Shown here in pieces: positions 9,606 to 18,046 of a stretch of 21,289 bases of DNA (position 1 is its first letter; every line of letters starts with the position of its first letter). This DNA is from Verrucomicrobiota bacterium. Lineage in GTDB: Bacteria; Verrucomicrobiota; Verrucomicrobiia; Chthoniobacterales; UBA6821. The stretch spans positions 1 through 21,289 of the forward strand of contig WBXG01000030.1 in NCBI GenBank assembly GCA_008932965.1. Direction: 5' to 3'. The translations under genes and the position numbers were made by a program. The notes under the pieces are model-generated. The model ran no database searches. It was not told the DNA's origin and was given only the letters and a program-made list of their open reading frames with translations.

Positions 9606-11441
9606 CTAATGAATCCTCATTAACAACACGATTATTCCAATAACACCTCCGCCAAGGAAGAGGGTGTAGGCTTGAAGATTACCAACTTGTAAAAAACGTA
9701 ACACAAACCCAAAGGACCAAATTAGTGAGGCAATTCCTTGAACGATAAATCCATCAATAACCCAACGATCGATAAAGGCCATGGCATTGGCAAATCCTCC
9801 TTGGATTTTTTCTACGCACCAATCGTAGAGTGCATCAATGTAGAAACGATTAACCAGAAGAGGGATTTCTATTGGGTCTTTGGATGCTTTTCTATAGATT
9901 GCCCAGGCAGTCACGGTACCTACGAGAAAAAAGAGGATAAAAATTAATTCCACATAAGCTGGAGTCTCTTTTGGAAGCTCTAGGCTTCCCAGGGGAGCAA
10001 TAAAATAACGTGTGATCAGAGGATAACCAGAAAAAATGGCTGGAATAGAAAGCATGATCAATGGGATGGTCATTACCAGGGGAGATTCTGGAGCAGTACG
10101 TGCCTGTTCAGTACGCGGTGTTCCAAAAAAAGCAACAATGCAAACACGTGTGATGTAAAATGCGGTCAGGCCAGCTGCAGTAACAATCATCCAAAAAACA
10201 ATTTTATTCTGCTCAAAAGCAAACTTCATAATGAGGTCTTTGCTAAAACTCCCACTGAAGAATGGACATCCGGCAAGTGCTAGCATACCACACAAGAAAG
10301 TGACAAAGGTGATCGGCATCCGTTTGCGAAGCCCCCCCATTTTCCAAATATTGAGTTCGTGGTGCATGCTGACCATGACTGATCCGGAAGTTAAGAAGAG
10401 AAGACATTTGAAAAATGCATGTGTAAAAAGATGAAACATAGGAACAGCTGCTGTTGTCGCAACTCCTACAGCAGTCACCATATATCCCAGTTGCGAAATC
10501 GTAGAATAGGCAAGAACACGCTTAAAGTCATTTTGCTGTGTTCCGAGAAATGCAGCACCCAAGGTTGTAATAGCACCAACCCATAGAATCACTTCCCGAG
10601 CACCAGGAGAAAATGAGAGTAGAGGGAATATACGAGCTAACATATAGACACCGGCAGCAACCATTGTTGCTGCATGAAGCAGGGAGGAGACAGGCGTGGG
10701 ACCTTCCATAGAGTTGGGTAACCAGACATGGAGTGGGAATTGTGCCGATTTACCAACAGTACCACAAAAAATAAAGACTAAGGAACATGCAAGTAATGTC
10801 GGATGCTGACTAAACAGTGAAAGTGAGTGATTAATCGTGGAAAAGGAAATGCCACCGGTAGCAACCCACAAAAGTAAGATTCCAATGAGAAATCCAAAAT
10901 CTCCAATTCGATTCACAATAAAGGCTTGCTTTCCAGCATCAGCAGCACTGTTTTTTTCAAAAAAGTGCATGATAAGAAGATAAGAACTAAAACCTACAAG
11001 TTCCCAGCTAATAAAGAGCATGATAAAATTATTTGCTAGAACAATACCGAGCATTGAAAAGAGGAAAAAGGCTAGCCCTGCAAAAAAACGAGCATAGCCA
11101 CTTTCCTCGCGCATATACCCGATAGAGTAAATAAATACGAGTGTCGCAATAGATGTTACCACGACAAGCATCGTACGGGATAGTGGATCTACAATCATTC
11201 CTATGGGAATTGAGAGAGCCTCCCCAAAATCAATCCATTTGATTCCCTCAACTGCAAAATCTGTACCTTTAAAAAAAATAATCCAGCTTCCCAAACAGGA
11301 GATCATTGAAGCTACAATGGCCAAGGAAGCTGCTGCCCCTTTATTACGTTGGGTAATGCAGAGAATAGAACCTGCAGCCACGAGTGGTGCTAGGTAAAGG
11401 GTCCAAACAAGAGCAGAGAGATGAGAAGTAATTAGATTCAC
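9606..11441 (-). CDS. nuoL: NADH-quinone oxidoreductase subunit L
   Basis: 611 aa. WELVGFSSYLLI and HAATMVAAGVYMLAR motifs of NuoL/ND5, with a long C-terminal extension including the lateral-helix region. GTG start. Confidence 0.9.
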   Translation of the reverse strand: MNLITSHLSALVWTLYLAPLVAAGSILCITQRNKGAAASLAIVASMISCLGSWIIFFKGTDFAVEGIKWIDFGEALSIPIGMIVDPLSRTMLVVVTSIATLVFIYSIGYMREESGYARFFAGLAFFLFSMLGIVLANNFIMLFISWELVGFSSYLLIMHFFEKNSAADAGKQAFIVNRIGDFGFLIGILLLWVATGGISFSTINHSLSLFSQHPTLLACSLVFIFCGTVGKSAQFPLHVWLPNSMEGPTPVSSLLHAATMVAAGVYMLARIFPLLSFSPGAREVILWVGAITTLGAAFLGTQQNDFKRVLAYSTISQLGYMVTAVGVATTAAVPMFHLFTHAFFKCLLFLTSGSVMVSMHHELNIWKMGGLRKRMPITFVTFLCGMLALAGCPFFSGSFSKDLIMKFAFEQNKIVFWMIVTAAGLTAFYITRVCIVAFFGTPRTEQARTAPESPLVMTIPLIMLSIPAIFSGYPLITRYFIAPLGSLELPKETPAYVELIFILFFLVGTVTAWAIYRKASKDPIEIPLLVNRFYIDALYDWCVEKIQGGFANAMAFIDRWVIDGFIVQGIASLIWSFGFVLRFLQVGNLQAYTLFLGGGVIGIIVLLMRIH

Positions 11442-11558
11442 AGTGATAAAGGAGAAGCTAGTGAGAACAAAGGTAAATGAATGATTTCATGAACTACTCC
11501 GCAAGAACGGGAGTTGTGTGAGGTTTTATAGAAGTGAACTCTTTTTAATAAGATTTCA

Positions 11559-11876
11559 TTAGAATTTCATAGCATTAAGGTCTTCACTATGTGTTGTTTG
11601 ACGGCTGCGAAATAGAGCAACAATGATTGCAAGTCCCACAGCTACTTCAGCAGCAGCAACAGTGATGATAAAAAAGACTAACACTTGTGCATCATAATTT
11701 TGAATCCCGTTGACAATACCATATCGTGAAAAGGCAACAAGCGAGAGGTTAACGGCACTGAGCATCATTTCTAGACACATGAAAATAATAAGAATATTTC
11801 GGCGAAGCATGACACCAGCAAGTCCTAATGAGAAGAGAAGGCCACTTGCCATGAGGTAATGAGAAAGGGTAGTCAT
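11559..11876 (-). CDS. nuoK: NADH-quinone oxidoreductase subunit K
   Basis: 105 aa with three TM helices. [16 protein letters not shown] and [17 protein letters not shown] are typical of NuoK/ND4L. Confidence 0.9.
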   Translation of the reverse strand: MTTLSHYLMASGLLFSLGLAGVMLRRNILIIFMCLEMMLSAVNLSLVAFSRYGIVNGIQNYDAQVLVFFIITVAAAEVAVGLAIIVALFRSRQTTHSEDLNAMKF

Positions 11877-11955
11877 TGAAAAGGGAGATGCTAAGAGTTT
11901 TATCTATTCTTACGAAACATTTATTTTCTGAAATGATTCATCTATTGATGAAAAT

Positions 11956-12456
11956 CTACCGAAGCGTCCGTCTGCTCAGAAGGACAACCCCGACTGTTGC
12001 TACTAAAAGTAAGACACCAACAATTTGAAATGGTAAATTGAATGAATGAAAAAGTGTCATGCCAATCATGCTCACGTCCTGTGACGGAGCCATAAGCACA
12101 GGTATCGGTTTTGAAAACTGAGGGCTCGATTCGAGTGCTTGAGAGAGGAGTACCACAAAAGATAAAACAACCACCGTTCCACCTAACATCACTCCTAGCT
12201 TCACGCGACGGCATTCTTCTGCTTGAAGATTCAGAAGCATGATGATGAAAAGAAAAAGCACCATCACAGCTCCAGCAGCAACGAGCACTTGAACAATGGC
12301 TATAAAAAAGGCATCCAGTGTGACAAAAACAGCGGCTAAACAAATAAATGAACTCACCAAACACATTGCACAGGAAATGGGACTCCGGAGTGTGACAACA
12401 CCGAGCCCGAAGGCAATCATCAGCGACGAAAAAATCCAAAAAAGAGTTAGTTGCAT
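11956..12456 (-). CDS. nuoJ: NADH-quinone oxidoreductase subunit J
   Basis: 166 aa. SPISCAMCLV...AFFIAIVQVLVAAGAVMVLFLFIIMLLN matches the NuoJ/ND6 pattern. Its position between nuoI and nuoK fits. Confidence 0.85.
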   Translation of the reverse strand: MQLTLFWIFSSLMIAFGLGVVTLRSPISCAMCLVSSFICLAAVFVTLDAFFIAIVQVLVAAGAVMVLFLFIIMLLNLQAEECRRVKLGVMLGGTVVVLSFVVLLSQALESSPQFSKPIPVLMAPSQDVSMIGMTLFHSFNLPFQIVGVLLLVATVGVVLLSRRTLR

Positions 12457-12640
12457 GTTACAAGTACGAAGGATGGATAATGACTATTAGTACAGGAGTG
12501 ATAGGAGACTCGATTCTCAAATTTTTTTGATGAGCAACAGATCATGGATTGGGAAAAGTGATTGCTGAAATCGTGGTGAGACCCGAAACATCCCATCCAT
12601 TTTATTATTAGCTTGTCCGTTAAAACTTGACGTAGAGTTT

Positions 12641-13165
12641 TCACTTTTTCTCGTTCCATTTAAAGACTAATCCCGTCATGACTCCTCCTAGTTCATAAAG
12701 CTTCTCTTTGTGATGAATCATTTCATTGCGATTAAGTCCAGTAATAGAGTAGTCCTTACGTAAAAAAATAGCCTGCTCTGGACAAACCTCTTCACATAAC
12801 CCGCAATAGATACAGCGAGCCATATCAATGTCAAAAGCACGAGGAGCTTTTTCTACTTTGCGCCATGGATCACCCTCAGGGATTTCCATTGGCTCAATAG
12901 TGATGGCACGTGGGGGGCAAATAAATTCACAGAGCTGACAGGAGACACATTTCTCGCGACCATGTTCATCTTTAACTAGGGTTGGGGCACCTCGATACCA
13001 CTCTGGTAAATGGGCATCCCATTTTTCCTCGGGATATTGCATGGTGATAACTCCCTTGCCTAAAAGAGATCGTTGAAAATGTTTCCAGGTAATAGCAAGA
13101 CCCCCTATAATTGCAGGAAGATAAAGTCTTTCGACCCAGTTTAATTTTTTTCGATTAACGATCAT
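12641..13165 (-). CDS. nuoI: NADH-quinone oxidoreductase subunit I (2x[4Fe-4S] ferredoxin-type)
   Basis: Two CxxCxxCxxxCP motifs (CVSCQLCEFICP and CIYCGLCEEVCP) and a YPEEK segment. I prefer the ATG at 13165 (MIVNRKK...); the track start at 13189 is TTG. Confidence 0.9.
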   Translation of the reverse strand: MIVNRKKLNWVERLYLPAIIGGLAITWKHFQRSLLGKGVITMQYPEEKWDAHLPEWYRGAPTLVKDEHGREKCVSCQLCEFICPPRAITIEPMEIPEGDPWRKVEKAPRAFDIDMARCIYCGLCEEVCPEQAIFLRKDYSITGLNRNEMIHHKEKLYELGGVMTGLVFKWNEKK

Positions 13166-13312
13166 AGTGGAGCAAGTAGTAGCAGGCAACGAGTCATCAT
13201 GAATAAATGTGAGGAGAAAATAAGCACATTCTGTTTTTATAGTTTGAACACAATACTATTTTCAAAAAGTAAGAAGATCCAGATTTTAAAGCGATCGGTG
13301 ACCATGGGGCCA

Positions 13313-14437
13313 TTACCTTTTGACATAGGTTAAAATGAGGGCGGCAAGAAAAATATTAGCAACTGCTAATTCAAAGAAAAAGTACCAACCAAGTTTCATG
13401 AGTTGGTCATATCGAAAACGTGGGATGGTCCAACGAACCCAAATAAAGACAAAGAGAATTACTATCACCTTGGCGAAAAAAACAGCGATGTTCACAAGAC
13501 CCCAAAACCAGCCATGAGAGCCATCCGGAACCAGAGGTAGACTCCACCCTCCTAAAAAAAGAGTTGTGATCACCCCTGCACCAGCAATCATAGCTGTATA
13601 TTCACCAAGGAAAAAAAGGGCAAAACCCATTGATGAATACTCTGTATGATAGCCGCCAATGAGTTCCTGTTCAGCTTCTGGGAGATCGAATGGGAGACGA
13701 TTCGTCTCTGCAAACATCGAGATAAAAAAGAGAATGAAGGAAATAAATAGTGGGATCCAAATCAACACTCGTTGCAGGGAACATCCTGCTCGAAAAGCTT
13801 CCAAAAGTGCTAATGGATGCAAAAGCGTATCCAAACTCATTCCTTGAGGCCAAAAAGGAGCGATCATCCATCCATGAACGATTTGATACTGAACGATCTG
13901 ATTTAAGTTCAAGGAACCAACTAACATGAAAATAGGAATCAGCGAAAGCGCAAGCGATAGCTCATAAGAAATCATTTGAGAGCTAGAACGGATACCACCA
14001 AGAAAGGGATATTTCGAGTTTGAAGACCAACCAGCAAGAACAATTCCATAGACCGAGATCGAGGAGATAGCCAGTACGTAGAGGGCACCAACATTGACAC
14101 TCGCAATGGTCATAGGAACTCCGAACAAAGAGCTTCCAAATGGCAACACTCCTAAAACGAGGACCGGTGGGACCATTGCTAACTTCGAAGCAAGTCTAAA
14201 ATAAAAATAATTAGCACTTTTGGGAGTGAAATTTTCTTTCAACAATAATTTTGCTGCATCTGCAACGGGCTGAAGAAGACCTTGCCAGCCAACCCGATTG
14301 GGACCAAGGCGATCTTGAATAAGGGCGCTCACCCGTCGTTCTGCATACACAGTGTAGGAGACTAGTCCTAAAATAATGACAAGAAGGAGGGCCGATTTTA
14401 ATAAGGTTGTCCAAATCAAAAATCCGGTAGGGCTCAT
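13313..14437 (-). CDS. nuoH: NADH-quinone oxidoreductase subunit H
   Basis: ERRVSALIQDRLGPNRVG, GWSSNSKYPFLGGIRSSSQMISYELS and AETNRLPFDLPEAEQELIGGYHTEYS are hallmark NuoH/ND1 motifs. The ATG at 14437 is preceded by GGGGAG with a 6-nt spacer and gives a canonical N-terminal length. The ATG at 14515 is the longer alternative. Confidence 0.9.
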   Translation of the reverse strand: MSPTGFLIWTTLLKSALLLVIILGLVSYTVYAERRVSALIQDRLGPNRVGWQGLLQPVADAAKLLLKENFTPKSANYFYFRLASKLAMVPPVLVLGVLPFGSSLFGVPMTIASVNVGALYVLAISSISVYGIVLAGWSSNSKYPFLGGIRSSSQMISYELSLALSLIPIFMLVGSLNLNQIVQYQIVHGWMIAPFWPQGMSLDTLLHPLALLEAFRAGCSLQRVLIWIPLFISFILFFISMFAETNRLPFDLPEAEQELIGGYHTEYSSMGFALFFLGEYTAMIAGAGVITTLFLGGWSLPLVPDGSHGWFWGLVNIAVFFAKVIVILFVFIWVRWTIPRFRYDQLMKLGWYFFFELAVANIFLAALILTYVKR

Positions 14438-14688
14438 GAAGCACTCCCCTAGCGACTTTATCAATGACCAGGCTGCTGGAGAAAAAAATTGACTGATAAA
14501 ATTAGAAACATCCATGAGTTCTTATAAATGTGATTGAATCCTACAACGCTCTCTAATTCCTGTCGAGTGCCGAACCCGAATATTTCATCAGATTGAAGAA
14601 AATCTTTTTGCAATAAAAGATTCGACACAACACTACTCATCTCAACTTCCGAATATAGATCCACTGTAATTGCTATTTCATCAAGCTC

Positions 14689-16905
14689 ATGACCTTTCTC
14701 TATTGTCTCTTCTTTTTTTTTATTGGACACACCGTATTTGCTCAGAACATGTGCACTCAGGAGGAGGCAAGCATCAAAATCCATCTGACACATCCTACAA
14801 GAATTGAAGATTTTTCAAGAGCAATGGGAGGGGGTATTGATGGGAATGATCATAGAAGCACCTTGAGTGATTCCGTGGTCAAGCAGATGTTAAAAGCGGG
14901 TCTTCGACCACTCTCCTACCGTCTTCGTACTGAACTAGGAATCGAATCGTGGCATTGGAATCCCTCTGGAACATGGAGCGATGCAGCCCATCATCAAGGT
15001 TATTGGACCTCCTCGACTCATTCACAAGCCCCCATTACCAAAAGTTATGGCTACCGTCTCCCGCGCCGTGGCAACACTCTTGATGAAGCCAACAATGATG
15101 GTTATTCACGACTCGACGATGGCAATCCTAATACTTTTTGGAAAAGCAACCCCTATCTGACCTCTCATTATACCGGAGAATCCGACTTCAAGCACCCTCA
15201 GTGGATCCTTCTGGATTTTGGAAAACCAGTTCTCATCAATGCTGCCTGCCTTCATTGGAAAGATCCCTTTGCTAAAAAATATCGTATTCAATATTCCTGC
15301 GGTGGAAATCTCTATTTTGGTCACAATCACGACTGGCATGATTTTCCACATGGTAAATGGGTCCAATCCTCTAGAGGTTCTTCTTTGCTGAATCTAGGAA
15401 CACCCCATGATTTTTTGGGAAAACCTCTTCAAATTCAGTATCTCAGAATTTTAATGACAGAAAGTTCTTCGAGTGCCATGCCAGGAAGCCAGGATCCTCG
15501 AGATTCTATGGGATATGCTCTTAGTGAAATTGAGTGTGGATTTTTAGAATCGGGAAAATTTTTTGATCAGATCATCCATTCTCCCAATCAGAAACAAACA
15601 GTGGTTTATGTCTCCTCTACAGATCCATGGCATCGTGCGTGCGACCGCGATGAACGAACCCAGCAACCAGGACTTGACCTCGTAGCGCGCTCTGGACTGC
15701 GAAATACTCAACCTATTCTCTGGTCGGTACCATTGTTGTATGACACTCCGGAAAATGCTGCTGCTGAAGTCGATTTTTTAAAAGCACGTGGCTACCTCTC
15801 TCCTTCACAGCGTGTAGAACTCGGAGAGGAGCCCGATGGTCAGCGGGTCGATCCCAAGGATGTCGCAGAGCTATATGCTCAAACATCACAAAAAATTTAT
15901 TCTGCTCATCCTGATCTGAGTCTAGGGGGACTAAGTTTTGTGACTATTGATGTAAACCGAGGCGATCTGATTTATCGAGTTGATAAAAGGCCTTGGTTAC
16001 ACCGTTTTTTTAAACAACTTAAAAAAAAGAAAGGACGAAAGAATTTTCAATTTCTTACTTTTGAATGGTACCCCTTTGATGACCTATTACTCCCTCCAGC
16101 TCCTTTGTTAATCAACCAACCACGACGACTCAAGGAGTCAGTGGAAAGGATCCGCCGCGGAGGCATTCCAAAAACAATGCCCCTCATGATCAGTGAATAC
16201 GGCTACTCAGTTTTTTCAGGAGAGCCCGAAGTCACCTTGGCAGCTGCGTTGCTGCAAGCTGATATTGCGGTGCCATTTTTATTACTCGGGGGAACAACCT
16301 CCTACCTCTACGGTTATGAACCCAATTATCTAGAGTGCAACTACGGAAACTCTTGGGGAAATCTCATGATGTTTCTTCAAGATAAGAAGAAATCAAAACA
16401 CCTTCAACCTCTCCCTACATACTATTGCTCCCGGCTCCTGACGCATGAGTGGGGACCACCGTACGGAGGTCCATGCAATCTTTATTCCACCACAATAAAA
16501 ACGGAAACAAAAGGAGAGGCCCCTTATCTTAGCGCTTATTTTCTCTCTTCTAAAAATCAAGGAAACACACGGAAGGCACTCCTTATTATCAATAAAAATC
16601 CCCAAAGAGCCTACCGTTTCAAATGCATCGAAAATAGGGCTTTTAAAACAGAAATGCCCAACAACCTCACGGGCAATTGGGAGTACTACTCCTACTCTTC
16701 GGATCAATACCAGTGGCATCCTCAAGGAGTGCACGGGCACCCTCAACGCAACCAGCCTCCGCTGAAATCCTTCTGCCAAGGCGAGGTAAAAAAGGGAGTT
16801 CTCACCACATCGCTCGAATTCAAAAAGAATGGAGTCCCCATCATGCTTCCTCCTTGGTCGATCACTGTTCTTCAAAACAACAATCTACTGCACAGGGATC
16901 AGTAG
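14689..16905 (+). CDS. Secreted discoidin (F5/8 type C) domain-containing, glycoside-hydrolase-like protein (738 aa)
   Basis: Signal peptide MTFLYCLFFFFIGHTVFA-QN. Discoidin pattern DDGNPNTFWKSNPY...PQWILLDFGKPVLINAACLHW...KYRIQYS (about nt 15100-15560). The flanking sequence has clan-A-like candidate catalytic segments, ELGEEPDG (NEP-like acid/base) and MISEYGY (nucleophile-like). I am confident this is a real gene; the GH family assignment is not resolved. Confidence 0.6.
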   Translation: MTFLYCLFFFFIGHTVFAQNMCTQEEASIKIHLTHPTRIEDFSRAMGGGIDGNDHRSTLSDSVVKQMLKAGLRPLSYRLRTELGIESWHWNPSGTWSDAAHHQGYWTSSTHSQAPITKSYGYRLPRRGNTLDEANNDGYSRLDDGNPNTFWKSNPYLTSHYTGESDFKHPQWILLDFGKPVLINAACLHWKDPFAKKYRIQYSCGGNLYFGHNHDWHDFPHGKWVQSSRGSSLLNLGTPHDFLGKPLQIQYLRILMTESSSSAMPGSQDPRDSMGYALSEIECGFLESGKFFDQIIHSPNQKQTVVYVSSTDPWHRACDRDERTQQPGLDLVARSGLRNTQPILWSVPLLYDTPENAAAEVDFLKARGYLSPSQRVELGEEPDGQRVDPKDVAELYAQTSQKIYSAHPDLSLGGLSFVTIDVNRGDLIYRVDKRPWLHRFFKQLKKKKGRKNFQFLTFEWYPFDDLLLPPAPLLINQPRRLKESVERIRRGGIPKTMPLMISEYGYSVFSGEPEVTLAAALLQADIAVPFLLLGGTTSYLYGYEPNYLECNYGNSWGNLMMFLQDKKKSKHLQPLPTYYCSRLLTHEWGPPYGGPCNLYSTTIKTETKGEAPYLSAYFLSSKNQGNTRKALLIINKNPQRAYRFKCIENRAFKTEMPNNLTGNWEYYSYSSDQYQWHPQGVHGHPQRNQPPLKSFCQGEVKKGVLTTSLEFKKNGVPIMLPPWSITVLQNNNLLHRDQ

Positions 16906-16979
16906 TATTATTACTCTCCAAATATCGATTTTTGAAATAATGATTTCTCATCATCCTCCATTTCAACTATAGGTTGAGC

Positions 16980-17609
16980 ATGCTTGAAATTTTACAAAAA
17001 GGGGGCCCGCTCATGGGAATTATCCTGCTCTGTAGCGTTGTAACCCTCGGCGTTTTTTTTGAACGGTTACTCTATCTCCATCGTGTGTCGATACGAGTTG
17101 GGGAATTTCTTGAAGGGTTACGTCTTTTAATTCAAAGAAATCATCTTGCTGAAGCTTTACAAGAATGTGTCACGATTTCAGGACCAGTAGCCCGTGTCTT
17201 ACAAGCAGCATTACAAAAACCTGATTCAAGCCGTACCGAACTTAAAGAAATCACCACGGATGCCGGTCTTCTCGAATTACCAAAATTGGAACGTAATCTC
17301 TCTGTTCTCTCCATGTTAGCCTACATCACCCCTTTGATCGGGCTTCTTGGAACAGTGCTAGGTCTTTTAGATGCTTTTCTTGCGATTACTTCTCATGGTG
17401 GCTATGCCACCACTGCTGATATTGCAAAAGGAGTTTTTGAAAGCCTCATTACGACTGCGGCAGGCCTGGCCGTTGCGATTCCAGCTTTCTTGGCCTATAG
17501 TTATCTCTCCTCCCGTGTTAACGACCTCATCCACGATATGGAGCGAGCCGGCATTGAAATTGTTCAACTCCTCATCGATCGTCAGCTCACGTTGCGAAAG
17601 TTGGATTAA
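16980..17609 (+). CDS. exbB: MotA/TolQ/ExbB-family proton channel protein
   Basis: Three TM segments. ITPLIGLLGTVLGLLDAF and GVFESLITTAAGLAVAIPAFLAY are signature ExbB/TolQ motifs. ATG at 16980; a TTG at 16974 is the alternative. Confidence 0.85.
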   Translation: MLEILQKGGPLMGIILLCSVVTLGVFFERLLYLHRVSIRVGEFLEGLRLLIQRNHLAEALQECVTISGPVARVLQAALQKPDSSRTELKEITTDAGLLELPKLERNLSVLSMLAYITPLIGLLGTVLGLLDAFLAITSHGGYATTADIAKGVFESLITTAAGLAVAIPAFLAYSYLSSRVNDLIHDMERAGIEIVQLLIDRQLTLRKLD

Positions 17610-17644
17610 AATCCCATTTTATCCGTAGCACAGCAGCCATTATC

Positions 17645-18046
17645 ATGCGACTCCGACGAACACAAGAACCTGGTTCTTCTTTTTTCTTTTTAGCTCCTGC
17701 CCTGAGCACAGCACTCTGTTTGATTTTTTTTCTTCTCATTGGAGGAACCCTCTTATTGCAACCAGGAATTGCCATCAAGGCCCCTCAATCCCCATTTTTA
17801 CTCGTCCCTCATCATGATCCTCGTGTTGTGAGTATTACCGGAAGCCCCTTGCCGACGATCTACTTTGATAATCAGGAAGTCTCTCTGGAGGAATTAAAAA
17901 ACCGTCTTCTTAGTAGTAATGTTAAAAGCAGTCTTATTATCAAAGCAGATCAACAAGCCCCTTATGATCTGCTTGTACGAGTAATGACTGTCGGCATTAA
18001 TTGTGGCTTTTCAGTCATCCTTGCAACGAGCGCTGCTTCATCTTAA
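17645..18046 (+). CDS. exbD: ExbD/TolR-family biopolymer transport protein (atypical: no acidic TM residue)
   Basis: 133 aa with a single N-terminal TM helix and a periplasmic domain (IYFDNQEVSLEELKNRL...LIIKADQQAPYDLLVRVMTVGINCGFSVILAT) that follows the ExbD/TolR pattern. It sits directly downstream of exbB (35-nt gap). Confidence 0.8.
   Translation: MRLRRTQEPGSSFFFLAPALSTALCLIFFLLIGGTLLLQPGIAIKAPQSPFLLVPHHDPRVVSITGSPLPTIYFDNQEVSLEELKNRLLSSNVKSSLIIKADQQAPYDLLVRVMTVGINCGFSVILATSAASS

Noticed and set aside
11942-12439. A 165-aa Cys-rich ORF on the same strand as nuoJ in another frame, almost co-extensive with it
   Set aside because: Its third codon positions coincide with nuoJ second codon positions. 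These are mostly T in a very hydrophobic protein, so TAA, TAG and TGA rarely arise in that frame. It is a composition artefact, and the NuoJ frame has the family motifs.
14461-14793. A 110-aa minus-strand ORF crossing the nuoH / glycosidase divergent region
   Set aside because: It overlaps the 5' ends of both well-supported genes, has no recognisable motifs and spans AT-rich promoter DNA.
18001-18045. The track start (TTG 18001) for the TonB-like ORF
   Set aside because: It would overlap exbD by 46 nt. The ATG at 18046 forms a TAATG stop-start overlap typical of coupled genes.
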